Shown here one piece after another: positions 21,565 through 35,943 of a stretch of DNA of 64,000 nt; the first letter of the stretch is position 1; each line of letters begins with the position of its first letter. The stretch covers positions 8,990,001 to 9,054,000 of the forward strand of contig OX597814.1 of the NCBI GenBank assembly GCA_951406725.2, read 5' to 3'. The stretch comes from Octopus vulgaris (lineage: Eukaryota). Made by a program: the position numbers and the translations under genes. The notes below the pieces were generated by a model. That model had not been told where the DNA came from. It made no database searches and saw only the letters and a program-made list of their open reading frames with translations.

Positions 21565-23988
21565 ATTTAGGGACATCCTCATTGAGAAATTTGATGAAAG
21601 GGAGGAGGATGTACAGACTTGTGACATAGAAGGTAACTGGAAATTCCTGCAATGCAGCTTACTGAGCGCCACAGACCAAATCTGCGGCTGGTGCAAAGTC
21701 CCTTCCAGACCTAGGGTGGTGGAATAATACTGCAGACAGGGCCATTAGAGCAATGAGATATGCCTGGAAAACCTGTAAGTTGTGATGACATAGGAGGGAA
21801 ATGTGTCTGCATGGATGATGGTGCACTTGCTTTTAATGATTCTGCAAAAAAAAAAAGGCTTGGAGATGCCATTATGAAAGACTACTGAATGTGGAGAATG
21901 AAAGGGAGGAGGAGAGCCTGCCAAATGTTGACCCAGTAGAGGGACCAGCTACCCAAATCGACAGCACCCTGGTACATAAAGCAATTAAGGATATGAAATC
22001 AGGAAAAGCACCCAGCCCATCAGCAATCACTGCTGAGATGCTTAAAATATCTGGTGGTGTGGGCTATGGCTTAGTCACCCGCATTGTAAACCAGGTAGTT
22101 CATGAAGGAGCCATACCCAATGACTGGTGTAGCAGCACCATAGTCAACTGCTACAAAAGTAAAGGTGATGCTTTAGATAGAAATAATTACAGGGGTATCA
22201 AATTGCTGGATCAGGTGCTTGAAGGTCATACCCAACATATTAGGGAGAGAGTTAGCCTAGATGAGATGCAGTTTGGTTTTGTGCCAGGCAGAAGCACCAC
22301 TGATGTTATATTTCTGGTAAGGCAACTGCAGGAGAAATACCTAGCCAAAGATAAACCTCTTTTGTTGACTTGGAGAAAGCTCCTGATCCCTTATCTGATG
22401 GGTGATGTGGAAACTAGGGATAGATGAGTGGTTAGTAAGAGTTGTACAGGACCTGCACAGGGATACTGTCAGTAAATTGGGCGTTGGCAATGAATATAGT
22501 GAAGAATTCAGCACAGAAGTAGGGGTTCACCAAGGATCAGTCCTCAGCCCCCTTTATTCATTATAGTTAACCAGGCAATAACAGGCGAATTCAAGACAGG
22601 CTGCCCCTGGAATCACCTCTATGCTGATGACCTTGCTCTCATAGCTGAATCACTACCACAACTAGAGAAGAAATTTCAGGTGTGGAAGCAAAGTCTAGAA
22701 TTGAAGGGTCATAGAGTCAATCTAGCAAAAACCAAAGTCCTAGAAAAAGGTGTAGGTAGAAACTCCATAAGATGTACTCAGTGTAAGCTATGGACACATA
22801 AGAGGTACAGCAATATCAAAGGAAGGTTAACTGAGAAGATAGTATTTGTGTGCGGCAGATGCGCAGAGCAATAAACCCCAAATATATTCAGAAAACAGAG
22901 TCCATCACATGCAAGGGGGAGAAACTAGAAGTTGTTGATAGCTTCAGCTGCCTAAGTGATCAAGTTAGTAGTGAGGGTGGATGCTCTGAGAGTGTTGCCA
23001 CCAGAATATGAAGAGTCTGGGCTAAGTTCAGAAAGCTCCTACCTCTACTGGTGACAAAGGACTCTTGCTCAGAGGGAAAGATAGACTGTATGATGTATGT
23101 GTATGAATGGCCATGCTACATGGCAGTGAAACATGGGCCATGACTGTTAAGAACAAACATAGGCTTGAAAGAAATGAAGCTAGCATGATCTGCTGGATGT
23201 GTAAAGTCAGTGAGCATACACGACAGAGTGTAAGCGCCCTGAGAGAAATGTTTGACATAAGAAGCATCGGATGTGGTGTGCAAGCGAGACGTTTGTGCTG
23301 GTATGGTCATGTACTACAGATGGATAAGGAGAGATGTGTGAAGAAGTGTCACACCCTAACAGTGGAGGGTACTTGTGGAAGAGGTAGACCCAGGAAGACA
23401 TGGGATGAAGTGGTGAAGCAAGACCTCCGAACATTGGGCCTCACAGAGGCAATGACGAAAGACTGAGACCTCTGGAGATACACAGTGATTGAGAAGACCT
23501 GGCATAGAAAGTGAGATCACAGCGATAGTCTATACCAGTGTCACAATACCAGCCCATTTAAAAAGTACCTTTCAATCGTCGAGTGACATGCTGCATTTGA
23601 GAAGACCTATTGAGTCAAATAAAATCAAAATCAAAATGGAAATTGTAGTTGTGGGCGATGCTGGTGGCATGTAATAAGCACCATTCAAGTGTGGGTCAAT
23701 GCCAATTCCATCTGACTGGCTCCACATGCTGGTGGCATGCAAAAAGCACCATCCGAACATGTGGTCAATACCAGTGCTGCCTGACAGGCTCCCTTGCCAG
23801 AGGCACATAAAAAGCACCCACTATACTCTAGGAATTGTTGGCGTTAGGAAGGGCATCCAACTGTAGAAACCTTACCAGATGAAATTGGAGCCTAGGGCAG
23901 CCTCCTGGTTTGCCAGTCCCCAGTTAAACCATCCAACCCACGCTAGCTTGGACAACAGATGTTAAACGATGATGATGATGATGATGAT
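21565..23988 (+). mobile_element. 5'-truncated RTE LINE
   Basis: ORFs 21891..22427, 22680..22874 and 23107..23466; 3'UTR and (GAT)n tail at 23968-23988. Confidence 0.92.
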
Positions 23989-23989
23989 A

Positions 23990-24995
23990 TGCATCAATCT
24001 TATTGGAATTCTCATTTTTGCTAGTCTTATTTTTCTTAGTCCTCTGACTTTTGTAAGAAGACACATTTTTCTAAAAGTTCTTACTTTTATAAGAAGATTG
24101 ATATTTGTTAGAACTGCCACTTTTGCCAGAATTCTGATTCTTGTCAGAAAACCCTCCTTCGTAAAAAAAAAAGACACATTTTTGTTAGAATTCTTGGTTT
24201 TCTTAGAAATCCCATGCATCATACATGACAAATATTTTTGGAACACTTTTTAATGTTAGGGGTCCCATTTTATTTTAAGGAGCTCTAATTTTGTAAGAAG
24301 TCTCATTTTTGGCACTTCACAACAATGAGATTTCTAAAAAATGAGACATCAAACAATGTTCGACTTCTAAAAAAATTAGGAATTCTAAAGTTATAAAAAG
24401 ATGGGACATAAACAGAAGTCAGGATAGTTACCAACAATGATACCTTTAAAATCTGAGACATCTAATAAAATTAAGACTTGCAACAAAAATGAGATTTCTA
24501 ACAAAAATGAGACAATTAACAAAATTAGGACTTCACACAAAAATGAGACCTCTGACAAAAGTGAAAAAATGAGACTACTAAAAAATAAAACATGAGACTT
24601 CAGACAGAATTTGAACTACTGAGAATAATATAACTTGTAAAAAAAACAATAAGAATTCAAACAAAATTTTGACTTAACAAAACTGAAAATTTTAACAAAA
24701 ATGAGATTTCTACAAACATGAGACTTCTAACAAAATTAGGACAAAATGAGACTTATAAAATAAATGATAGTTCTAAAGAATTTAGGACATCTCACAGAAA
24801 TAAAACTTCTGAAAACATTGAGATATCTAACAAAATTAAGACTTCTAACAAAAATGAGACTAGAACGAAGTTAGGACATTCAACAAAAATGAAACATCTA
24901 AAAAACAGAGACTTTGAGAGAAAAATACAGACTTACATAAATGAAACTTCTCAGGAAAGCGAGACTTCAAAGAAAAATAAGACTTCAGCAAAAAT
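23990..24995. repeat. Degenerate 18-bp satellite (consensus about acaaaaatgagacttcta) with an orientation switch near 24315
   Basis: tagaagtctcatttt units on the left, aaaatgagacttcta units on the right. Confidence 0.8.
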
Positions 24996-25129
24996 GGTAG
25001 TTGCCTCTCTCTCTCCTGGGACAAATGCAATTAGCTTACCTGCCTTTCATTTTGATTCCAAATTTGTCAACAAATTACTTGGTAATTTCTATGGATGTGT
25101 CGACTTGGAAAGAGAAAGCTAATGGGCTG

Positions 25130-26230
25130 TACATATGTGCCTGTTCCATATGTGTGTGAATGTGTGTGTGTGCGGGCTTGATTTTGTCAGTGTGTGTGAG
25201 TGCTTGTTCTTGTGTGTGTGCCTGTTTGTCTTGTATATGTATGTGTGTGTGTGATTGCTTGTTCTTGTCTATGTGTGTGCTTGTCTTGTGTGTGTGTGTG
25301 TGTGTGTGTGTTTGTTCTTGTTTGTGTGTGTGTGTGAGTATTTGTTCTTGTCTGTGTGCGTGCTTGACTTTTGTTTGTGTGTGTGTGTGTGAGTGCTTGT
25401 TCTTGTCTGTGTGTGTGTGTGAGTGTTCGTTCTTGTCTGTGTGCATGCTTGTCTTGTGTGTGTGTGTGTGCGTGTGCGTGTGTATGTGTGCTTGTTCTTG
25501 TCTGTGTGTGTGTGTGAGTGTTTGTTCTTGTCTGTGTGTATGCTTGTCTTGTGTGTGTGCGTGTGTGCATGAGTGTGTGTGTGAGTGCTTGTTCTTGTGT
25601 GTGTGTGTGTTTGTCTTGTGTATGTGTGTGTGCATGAGTGTGTGTGTGAGTGCTTGTTCTTGTGTGTGTGTGTGTTTGTCTTGTGTATGTGTGTGTGCAT
25701 GAGTGTGTGTGTGAGTGCTTGTTATTGTCTGTGTGCATGCTTGTCTTGTGTGTGTGTATGTGTGTGTGTTTGTTCTTTTCTGAGTTCACGCTTGTCCTGT
25801 GTGTGTGTGTGTGTGTGTGAATATTTGTTCTTGTCTGTCTGCGTGCTTGTCTTTTGTCTTGTGTCTGTGTGTGTTTGTGTGTGTGAATACTTGTTCTTGT
25901 CTGTGTGCATGCTTGTCTGTGTGTGTGTGTGTGTGTGAGTGTGTGTGTGTGAGTGTGTGTGTGTGAGTGAGTGCTTGTTCCTGTTTGTGTGTTTGTATAA
26001 GTTTGTGTGCGTGCTTGTTCTTGTCTGTGTGCGTGCTTGTTTTGTGTCTTTGTGTGTGTGTGTGTGTGTGTTTGTCTTGTGTATGTGTGTGTGCATGAGT
26101 GTGTGTGTGAGTGCTTGTTCTTGTGTGTGTGTGTGTTTGTCTTGTGTATGTGTGTGTGCATGAGTGTGTGTGTGCGTGCTTGTTTTGTGTCTTTGTGTGT
26201 GTGTACTTGTTCTTGTGTATGGGCGTGCTT
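25130..26230. repeat. Compound (TG)n minisatellite (gagtgcttgttcttgt units)
   Basis: Directly visible. Confidence 0.9.
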
Positions 26231-26639
26231 CTTACTCTCTTCTCTCACCTGAAACCCCCTGCCTCACTGGTGATATCCCCTATCATACCTGCAATCTCCT
26301 CTCCCTCTCCTGGGTCTAATGCCTCTACTTTAGCTGCCTGCCGTCCTATTCTAACATTGACATTCTGATATCTATATTCTCCTTTTTCTATCTTTACTGA
26401 TTTACTTACTTATATCTGCAATACCAGTAATGCTTAAATTCATGGCTTTTCAATGTCCATTATGCTTCTACTTTCAATGCCGCTGACACTTTCTCCTAAC
26501 CCCAGTACGTGGCAACAATCTTAATACGCTTGAATGTTTGAATGATGACAGGTCAAAATTGAGAACAAGTGTAGCACGTCTATCAAATGAACACGGAAAC
26601 CTTCTTCTTTTTAGGCCCTGAATAACATCTCTCCTCCCC

Positions 26640-29600
26640 ATGGCTCCTCCCACATTCCTTCCCAGTTTTTGGAGTTGTCACTGTCAATGTTGGCACATTG
26701 AAAGGTACCTCTAGTGAGATTGTAGAGCTGCTTGAATGAAGGCATATTGATGTATGCTGAATACATCAGGTGAGGTGGAGAGGTGTTTCAGCCTCACAGG
26801 CAAGGCACATATGTATAAAATCTTCTGGGAATAACAGTGATGGAGTAGGGTGTGTGGGCATACTCCTTGCAAAGAAATGGGTGGATAAGGTCATAGATGT
26901 AGTCAGGGTGTGTGATAGAGTGCTTAAGCTCAGGCTAATCCTGCAGAACAGTATAGCTACAATTATCTCTGCCTACACCCCACGAGTGGGCCTACCAAAT
27001 GAACAGAAGGACCACTCTTATGAGATCCTTCTATAAGCTACCTCAAAGACAAGTGGCAATGACATCATCTTTGTGGCTGGAGATCTTAATGGGCATGTCG
27101 GACAGCAATCCGGTATCTTCTATAGTGTCCACGGTAGCTATGGTATTGGCACCCAAAACGATGAAGGAACTAGGCTACTGGAGTTCTGTGATGCACGCAA
27201 CCTATTATTCTGCAACCTATAAATCATATGACTCTGCTAGCCAGATTGATTTCATTCTCATAAGACAGCAGGATACATGGCTGCTCTTAAATACAAAGAC
27301 CCTCCCTGGTGAAGAATGTACCCACTAACATAGACAAGTTATTTGTGACTTTAGACTCAAGGCAAGAAGGATGCCAAGAAGCAGACCCAACCAAAAAAGA
27401 AGGATTTGAAAGCTAAAGAACCCTTCACATGGTCAGAGATTTAGGGACATCCTCATCAAGAAATTTGAGGAGAGAGAGAGAGAGAGGAGCTACAGACATC
27501 GACATAGAAGGTAGATGGAAATTCCTACAGGACAGCTTACTGAGTGCTACAGACCAAATAGATGGTGCAAAGTCCCTTCCAGACCTAGGGTAATGTGGGG
27601 GTGGAATAATATAGTAGACAAGGCTATTTGAGCAAAGAAACCGGCCTGAAAAGCTGATAAGAGTGGGGCTAGCAGGAAACTGTACTAGATATGCTGAAGT
27701 GAGGCTGGGCAACAGGTATACATAGCCAAGGATGAAGCAGAAGAGAAGAAGTTTGCCAATGTCCAGCAATGTGAGGACCAAAGAACTGAAGTATTTCAGA
27801 TTACAAGACAGTGTGTGAGAGAAAATTGTGATGTCACAGGAGAAAAATGTGTCTGCATGGATGATGGTGCACTTGATTTTAATGATTTTCAAAAGAAAAA
27901 GGCTTGGAGAAGCCATTACAAAAGGCTGCTGAATGTGGAGAATCAATGGGAGTAGGAGAGCCTGCTAAACGGTGACCCAATTCAGGGACCAGCTACCCGA
28001 ATAAACAGCACCTTGGTAGATAAAGCAATTAAGGATATGAAGTCAAGAAAAGCCCCTGGCCCAACAGGAATCACTGCTGAGATGCTTAAATATGTGGTGG
28101 TATGTGTTATGGCCCAGTAACTTGTATTGTAAACCAGGTAGTTCATAATGGAGTCATACCCAATGACTGGTGTAACAGCACCATAGTCAACTTCTATAAA
28201 GGTGAAGGTGATACTTTAGATAGAAATAACTACAGGGGTATCAAATTATTGGATCAGGTGATGAAGGTCATGAAGAGGGTTATAGCTCAACTAATTAGGG
28301 AGAAAGTCTTTTTAGATGAGACATAGTTCAATTTTGTCCCAGATAGAAGCAGCACTGATGCTATATTTCTGGTGAGGCCACTGTAGAAGAAGTACCTAGC
28401 CAAAGATAAACCCCTATACTTGGCTTTTGTTGACTTGGAGAAAGCCTTTGACAGGATCCCCCAATCCCTTATCTGGTGGGCGACACAGAAACTGGGGATT
28501 GATGAGTTGTTAATAGGAGCTGTACAGGCCTTAACCGGAGATGCCATCAGTAAGGTAAAGGTTGGCAATGAATATAGTGAAGAATTCAGCATAGAAGTAA
28601 GGGTTCATCAAGGATCAAGTCCCTAGCTCCCTCTTGTTCATCATAGTTCTCCAGGCAATAACAGAGGAATTCAAGACAGGCTGCCCCTAGGAGCTCCTCT
28701 ATGCTGATGACCTTGCTCTAATAGCTGAGGTACTGCCAGAATTAGTGATGAAGTTCAGGGTGTGAACACAAGGTCTAGAATTGAAGAACCTTAGAGTCAA
28801 TCTAGCAAAAACCAAAGTCTTTGTAAGTAGGAAGGCTGTTAAATCACAAACCTCTTCAGGTAGATAGCCCTGTTCAATCTGTGGAAAAGACATGGGTAGA
28901 AATTCTGAAATTCTATACAATGTACCCGGTGTAAGCTATGGACACATAAGAGGTGCAGCAATATCAAAGGAAGGTTAACTGGGAAGATAGATTTTGTGTG
29001 TGGAAGATGCACAGGTGCAATACACACTGAAGATGTACAGAAAACAGACTCTGTCACATGCCAGTGGGAAAAACTAGAAGTAGGTGACCAAGTCAATAGT
29101 GGAGGTGGATGCTCTGAGAGTGTAGCTGCTAGAATAAGAATAGCTAGGGCAAAGTTCAGAGAGCTCCTACCTCTGCTGATAACAAAGGACCTCTCACTCA
29201 GAGTGAAAGGCAGACTGTACGACACCTGTATGTGAACAGCCATGCTGTATGGCCGTGAAACATGGCCAGTAACTGCTGAAGACATGTGTAGGCTTGAAAG
29301 AAATGAAGCTAGTATGCTCCACTGGATGTGTAATGTCAGTGTGCATACATGTCAGAGTGTGAGCACCCTGAGAGAAAGGCTGAACATAAGAAGCATCAGA
29401 TGTGGTGTGCAAGAGAAACGACTGTGCTGGTATGGTCATGTGTTACATATAGATGAGGACAGCTGTGTGAATAAGTGTCACACCCTAATAATGGTGGGAA
29501 CCTGTGAAAGAGGGAGACCCAAGAAAACCTATTATGATGTGGTGAAGCATGACTTTCGAATGTTGGGCCTCATAGAGGCAATGACTAGTGACCGGGACCT

Positions 29601-30180
29601 TTGGAGATATGCTGTGCTTGAGAAGACCCAGAAAGCCAAGTGAGATCATAGCTGTGACTGATGCCAGTGTCCCATAACTCACCCATTTAAAAGTACCCTT
29701 CAATCGTTGGGCAATATTTTGTGCTTGAGAAAACCTGTTGAGTCAAGTGAAATCGTAGTCATGACCAATTCCAGTGCCACTTGACTGGCACCTGTACTGG
29801 TGACATGTAAAAAGCATTGTTTGAGCACAATCGATGGCAGTGCTGGCTGACTGGCTCCTGAGCTGATGGCATGTAAATAGCGCCATTCAAGTATGACCAA
29901 TGCCAGTGCTGCCTGATTGGCATTCATGCTCACGACATGTAAAAAGCACTATTCAAGCATGGTCAATGCCAGTGCTGCCTGACAGGCCCCCATACTGGTG
30001 GCATGTAAAAAGCCCCCACCACACTCTCAACGTAGTTAGCATTAGGAAGGGTATCCAGCTGTAGAAATATTGCCAGATCAGTTTGGAGCCTGGTGCAGCC
30101 TCCTGGCTTGCCAGTCCTCAGTTAAACCATCCAACCCATGCCCGCATTGAAAGCAGACATTAAACAATGATGATGATGAT
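26640..30180 (+). mobile_element. Near full-length, decayed RTE LINE (APE plus RT)
   Basis: VVTVNVGTLKG, GVGCVGILL, IISAYTP, AGDLNGHVG, QIDFIL (APE); FVDLEKAFD, LYADD (RT); many stops; (GAT)n tail near 30168-30180. Confidence 0.92.
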
Positions 30181-30338
30181 ATAATTTTGGACATTTAACA
30201 AAAACGATACATCTGAAAAAATGAAATTTCAAACAATGTTTGGACTACTGAGAAAAACGTGACTCCTAAAAACAATGGGATTTTGAACCAAAAAGGAGAC
30301 TGTTAACATACATGAGAAGTCTAATAAAAATGAGAACT

Positions 30339-30600
30339 GGATGTATCAAACAACAAACTTTTTAAGACATTTATGAGTGGATGAGAGCCAAGGACCATGA
30401 CCTAACACCAACAGATTGTTTGAAAAGGCTAACAATTGCTCAGGTGTGCAAGGGGGTCCTGAAATCATGGAACGATGAGAAAATGGAAGTAGAAGTAAAA
30501 TCTTTTTCAAAAATGTGGCATCAGTAATGCATTAGGTGGCACAGAAGATGACATTCTGTCTGAAGATAGTGACACTTTGGGCAGTATTAATGGCCCTGAT
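30339..30600 (+). mobile_element. pogo/Tigger-like DNA transposase remnant
   Basis: Translates (frameshifted) to DVSNNKLFK..YEWM..HDLTPT..KR.TIAQVC..VLKSW....VKSF.KCGISNALGGTEDDIL, characteristic of a pogo DDE C-terminus. Confidence 0.65.
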
Positions 30601-30707
30601 GATTACTACGGCTTTGGGGCTATGGTGACTGCGTTTGGTTTTAGGATTTGAAGAGTGAAATATTATTTCCCTTATACTCATATGTTTAATATTTGCACAC
30701 TTATAAA

Positions 30708-30910
30708 GCAGTGAGCTGGCAGAAACGTTAGCGTGCCAGGTGAAATGCCTAGTGGTATTTCATCTGTCTTTATGTTCTGAGTTCAAATTCCACCAAGGCC
30801 TTGACTTTGCCTTTCATCCTTTCAGGGTTGATAAATTAAGTACCAATTGCATACTGGGGTCAATCTAATTGACTAGCTCCCTCCCCAAAATTTTGGCCTT
30901 GTACCTAGAG
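30708..30910 (+). mobile_element. tRNA-derived SINE (type B)
   Basis: gagctggcagaaacgttagc..gagttcaaattcc..tttgcctttcatcctttcagggttgataaattaagtacc; related copies at 37578, 49797, 57900 and 58145. Confidence 0.8.
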
Positions 30911-31159
30911 GAGAAGAGAAAAGTATTTTATGATTTTGGTAGTATTGTATGTAGACTTATACAGTACTTTCTTCTTGTCCCAGACAAAGGAAAATCTAGA
31001 CTCCACAACAGGAAAATTTATTTTGAGAAATACAGAATAACATTTTATTCCACAGTTACACTTTGTAAAAATACCACATGAACATGACATCTCAAATAGA
31101 ACAAAATGAAAATAAAGATTATAGTAAAATCTCCTCAATAAAAAACATTTCAATCATAA

Positions 31160-33250
31160 AATCCTGAAAGAAGTTAGGACTTTCAATAAAATATGAGACT
31201 TCTAAAGAATGAGACTTTTAATGAGATTAGGACTTTTAAGAAATATGAGACTACTATAATGACAATTCTCACAAAAATGAAACTACCCACTAAAGTGAGA
31301 TTTCTTACAAAAATGAGACTTTTAACAAAAACGAGACATTTCACAAAAATTATACTTCTGAAAATATTGACAATTCATCATCATCATCATCGTTTAACGT
31401 CCGTTTTCCATGCTAGGATGGGTTGGATGGTTCAACTGGGGTCTGGGAAGCCAGAAAGCTGCACCAGGCCCAGTCTGATCTGGCAAAGTTTCTACGGCTG
31501 GATGCCCTTCCTAATGCCAACCACTCCGTGAGTGTAGTGGGTGCTTTTTACATGCCACTTGCACAGGCTGGTAAACGGCCATGATCAGATGGTGCTTTTT
31601 ACGTGGCACCGGCACGGAGGCCAGACGGGGCTGGCAACGGCCACGATCGGATGGTGCTTTTTACGTGCCACCGGCACGGAGGCCAGTCAGGGCGGTGCTG
31701 GCAACGGCCACATTAAACTTTTAACATAAATGAGACTTCCAACAAAAATGAAACTTGTAACCAAAACGGGACTTCAAACTAAAATGGGTTGTGAAGCAAA
31801 AATGGTACTTCTGTAAAATGAGAATGGAACTTTTTCATACAATGAGATGTCTAAGAAAAATGGATTTGCTCATAAGAATGAGATTGCTAACAAAATGAGA
31901 CCTGTAACAAAAATGGGACAACTAACAAAAATAAGAACTCTTAGAAAATTGGGTCTTCTTACAAAGGTTAGATTTCTGACAGAAATGGGACTTCTAAGGA
32001 GGATGAGACTTTTAACGAAATTAGAACTTCTGACAAAAATGAGACTTTTGACAATGTTAGAACTTCTAATAAAAATGAGACTTGTAATAAATATGTGACT
32101 TCTAAAGAATATGAGACTCTAACAAAACTGAGTCTTCTAACACAAATGAAACATCTAAGAAAATTAGGATTTTTAACAGAAAAAAAACTTGTAATAAAAT
32201 TGAAACATCTAACACAAATGTGACCTGTAACAAAAACTGGGCATTTTACAATAATTGAAGCTTTCAACAAAATGGGACTTTTTATTACAATGAGACTTCT
32301 AACAAAATTAGGACTTCAAACAATGAGACTTCTAACAAAAGGGAAACTGCCAACAAAAGGGAGACTTCCAACAATAATGAGACTTGTAACACAAATGAGA
32401 TTTCTAAAAATGAGATTTGTAAGAAAAATGGCTCTTCCCAGAAGAATGAGATATTTAACAAAAATGAGGCTTTTTCTAAAAATGGGACTTCAAACAACAA
32501 TGATAGTTGAAACAAAAATCATACTTTTATAAAAATGAGAATTCTGAAACAAATGGGTCTCCAAATGAAATTGGATTTTCAAGCAAAAATGAAATCACTA
32601 ACAAAATTGTGACGTCTAACAAAGATGAAACTGTTCACAGAATGAGAATTCTAACAAAAATCGGTCTCTATATATCAATGAGACTACTAACAAAATGAGA
32701 CCTGTAAGAAAATGGGACTACGAACACAAATAAGAATTCTTAGAACACTTGGTCTTCTTAAAAAGATCGGATTTTGGACAAAAATGGGACTTCTAATGTG
32801 AAGAAAACTTGAAAGAAAAAAGAGATTTCTAACAAAAATGAGCCTTCTTAAATATGAGACATCTAACCAGTATAAGACTTATAATAAAATTAGAGCTTGT
32901 AACAAAAATGAGACTTCTAACACAAATGAGATTTCAGAGAAAATTAGGACTTCTAAGGAAAATGATGCTTCTAACACAAATGAGATTTCAGAGAAAATTA
33001 GGACTTCTAAGGAAAATGATACTTCTAACACAAATGAGATTTCAGAGAAAATTAGGACTTCTAAGGAAAATGATACTTCTAACACAAATGAGATTTCAGA
33101 GAAAATTAGGACTTCTAAGGAAAATGATACTTCTAACACAAATGAGATTTCAGAGAAAATTAGGACTTCTAAGGAAAATGATACTTCTAACAAAACCTAG
33201 ACCTTTAACAAAAACTGGACTTCTATCAAAATGGGAATTCCAACAATGGA
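31160..33250 (+). repeat. 18-bp satellite, interrupted by an RTE 3' fragment (31375-31713), with homogeneous 54-bp higher-order repeats at about 32905-33190
   Basis: cttctaacacaaatgagatttcagagaaaattaggacttctaaggaaaatgata repeated about 5 times. Confidence 0.85.
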
Positions 33251-33436
33251 AAAATAAGTACCATACTTTAAAACAGTAAGTACTGAGGTTGATTCACTTG
33301 ACTAAAAATTCTTCAAGGCAGTGCTGCTCCAGCATGGACAGAGAGTAGCGATGAAACAAACTGAAGATATTTGAATATTGTAATTCTTATTTCTATACCA
33401 AATAATTTGAACAGAATTAAAATGGTAAATTCTTAC

Positions 33437-33682
33437 CTGTACTGATGGCAGGAATTGCAACTGATGTATAAGACTTTTCTTCAAGAACTGCCAAACAATT
33501 TCGAACAGCTCTTGAAAGGTAATCCATTTCCTGATCCCTTCCATTATTCCAAACGGGTCCAACAGTATGAATGATAGTCTTGCATTTGAGTTTACCAGCA
33601 TTAGTTGACACTACTTCTCCAGGTTTCAGTTCACTCCTTTCTTCCATAATCGTGTTAGATTCAGTTTGAATTTCAAACCCAC
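33437..33682 (-). CDS. PARP14: Exon of PARP14-like gene: second part of macrodomain
   Basis: ttgcag acceptor and g|gtaaga donor; encodes GFEIQTES..GEVVSTNAGKLKCKTIIHTVGPVW..LSRAVRNCL..SVAIPAISTG; joins the upstream exon in phase 1. The symbol is a family-level inference. Confidence 0.85.
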
Positions 33683-33804
33683 CTGCAAAGATATTTGCCT
33701 TGTTATGTTCCTGTTTAATACATGTTAATACTACTACTACTACAACAACTAATACTAACTACTACTACTACTACTACTACATCATCGTCGTCGCCGTCGC
33801 CATT

Positions 33805-34332
33805 ACCATCATCATTTAACGTCCGTTTTCCATGCTGGCACGGGTTGGACAGTTCGACCGGGGTCTGGGAAGCCAAGAGGCTGCATCAGGCTCCAATCTG
33901 ACATGGCAATGTTTCTACAGCTGGATGCCCTTCCTAACGCCAACCATTCTGAGAGTGTAGTGGATGCTTTTTATGTGCCACCAGCACAGGAGCCAGTCAA
34001 GGCAGTGCTGGCATCAGCCACATTCGGATGGTGCTTTTTATGTGCCACCAGCACAGGAGCCAGTCAGAGCGAGGGGGCTGGCATCAATCATATTCGGATG
34101 GTGCTTTTTACGTGTCACTGGCACAGGGAGCCAGTCAGGTGGCGCTGGCATCAGCCACAATTACAATTTCCATTTGATTTTGGTTTTGATGTACTTGACT
34201 CAATAGGTCTCCTCAAACATGGCATGTCGCCCTACGATCCAAGGTACTTTTTGAGTGTGCTGGTTATGCAACACTGGTGTAGGCTACAGCTGTGATCTCA
34301 CTTTATTTGCCGGGTCTTCTCAGTCACAGCAT
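33805..34332 (-). mobile_element. RTE 3' fragment
   Basis: Shared RTE terminus and 3'UTR sub-repeats (ttcggatggtgcttttta). Confidence 0.8.
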
Positions 34333-34349
34333 ATATAATAAATATATCT

Positions 34350-34633
34350 AGGTACGGAAGCAAGGTCTAGAATCAAAGGGTCTTAGAGTAAACCTAGCAA
34401 AAACCAAACTCTCAGTAAGTAGGAAGGTAGACAAATCACAAATTCCTTCAGGATCTGTAGAAAAGGCATTGCTAAAAACTCCATAAGATGTACCTGGTGT
34501 AAGCTATGGACATATAAGAGGGGCAGCAATATCAGAGGAAGGTCAACAGGGAAAATAGCTTCTGCATGTGGAAGATGCACAGGTACAATAAGATGTACAG
34601 AAAACAGATTCCATCGTGCCAGGGGGAAAAACT
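34350..34633 (+). mobile_element. RTE internal fragment
   Basis: ggtctagaatcaaagggtcttagagtaaacctagcaaaaaccaaa matches copies near 22690 and 28770. Confidence 0.75.
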
Positions 34634-34793
34634 ATTGTTCCTGTTTAATATGTGTTATATATAATACGTATCATCATCGTCGTTTCACATCCACTTTCCA
34701 TGCTGGCATGGGTTGGACAGTTTGACTGAGGACTGGCGAGCCAGATGGCTGCACCAGGCTCCGAAATGATATATTAACATATTATGTTTTATA

Positions 34794-34813
34794 TCTATCT
34801 ATATATAAATGAG

Positions 34814-34874
<61 letters not shown>

Positions 34875-35905
34875 ATGTGTTCCATATACAATTGAAAACT
34901 AAGTTGCTGATTTTGACATATGAGGTATTAAATGATTCACTAATCTTTTGGCTACCAAATAAACATTATTTTCATTTACATATTTGCATTACAAAAATTT
35001 GACATGATAATCTTTTCTATAACTCAACTATCATAAACATTTTATGCCACAATGACAATGAAGTCACATTTTCTATATGAGTGGTGTACCTCAAAAGACA
35101 TCCATTTCTCTATAGGTTATGGGGAAATACAGTCACTCACTCTCTCTCTTTCTCCCATGTAATATGCACACATATATACAAAAAAGACGTATGCATATGT
35201 ATTTATGTACGTTTATATGAAAGATAATGAGTGTGCACACATGTATGTGTGAGAGAGACAGAGAGAAAGAGAGAGAGAAACCGAGTGAGTGCCACTTACA
35301 CATATATGCAAAATATCATGCATGACAAAACACACCTTCACTCATTCACTCCCAGTGTTTTACTTCTGTCTGATGTTTCATCCATGTGTAGAATTGTAAA
35401 TGTAAAAAATATCAGACAACTACCAGAAAACCCAACATGCTAGAAACAACGTCCATTTCATATATATGTTCATACATCTTTTACTGTCTGCTCTCACTTC
35501 AAAGCAAATGTCATCTTTTCACTCCACTTTCTCTTTCATTTTCTGCTACTTTAAAAGTATAAAGAGATAAAAAAATTCTTAAAGAAATTAACGAATGCAT
35601 TTGAGAACTGAGTTGCCAATTTTAAAGGATTCAGTACTCTTTTGGCTAACAAATAAACTTTATTTTCAGTTAAATATTTGATTAAAAAAATAAAGATTAA
35701 GATTATAATCTTTCGATAAGTAAACTTTCATAAATGACATTTTATGCCATAGTGATGGTCACATTTTCTGTATGAGTGTGTACCTTAAAAGCAATCCATT
35801 TCTGTACATGTTACGAGGAAACACACCACCCACTTTCACTCTCACATGCACATACACATACAAAAAAGAAGTATGCATATGTATATATGTACATATATAT
35901 GAAAG

Positions 35906-35943
<38 letters not shown>

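Noticed and set aside
25040-25105. Possible next exon of the PARP14-like gene (minus strand, ttccaag acceptor, gtaagc donor)
   Set aside because: The 64-nt segment has stops in all three frames and no macrodomain continuation.
30869-31153. Short ORFs as host exons
   Set aside because: No recognisable domain or consistent splice signals; AT-rich chance ORFs.
31847-33279. KMRLLT-repeat protein
   Set aside because: Frame-preserving 18-bp satellite with frequent stops and frameshifts, present in both orientations.
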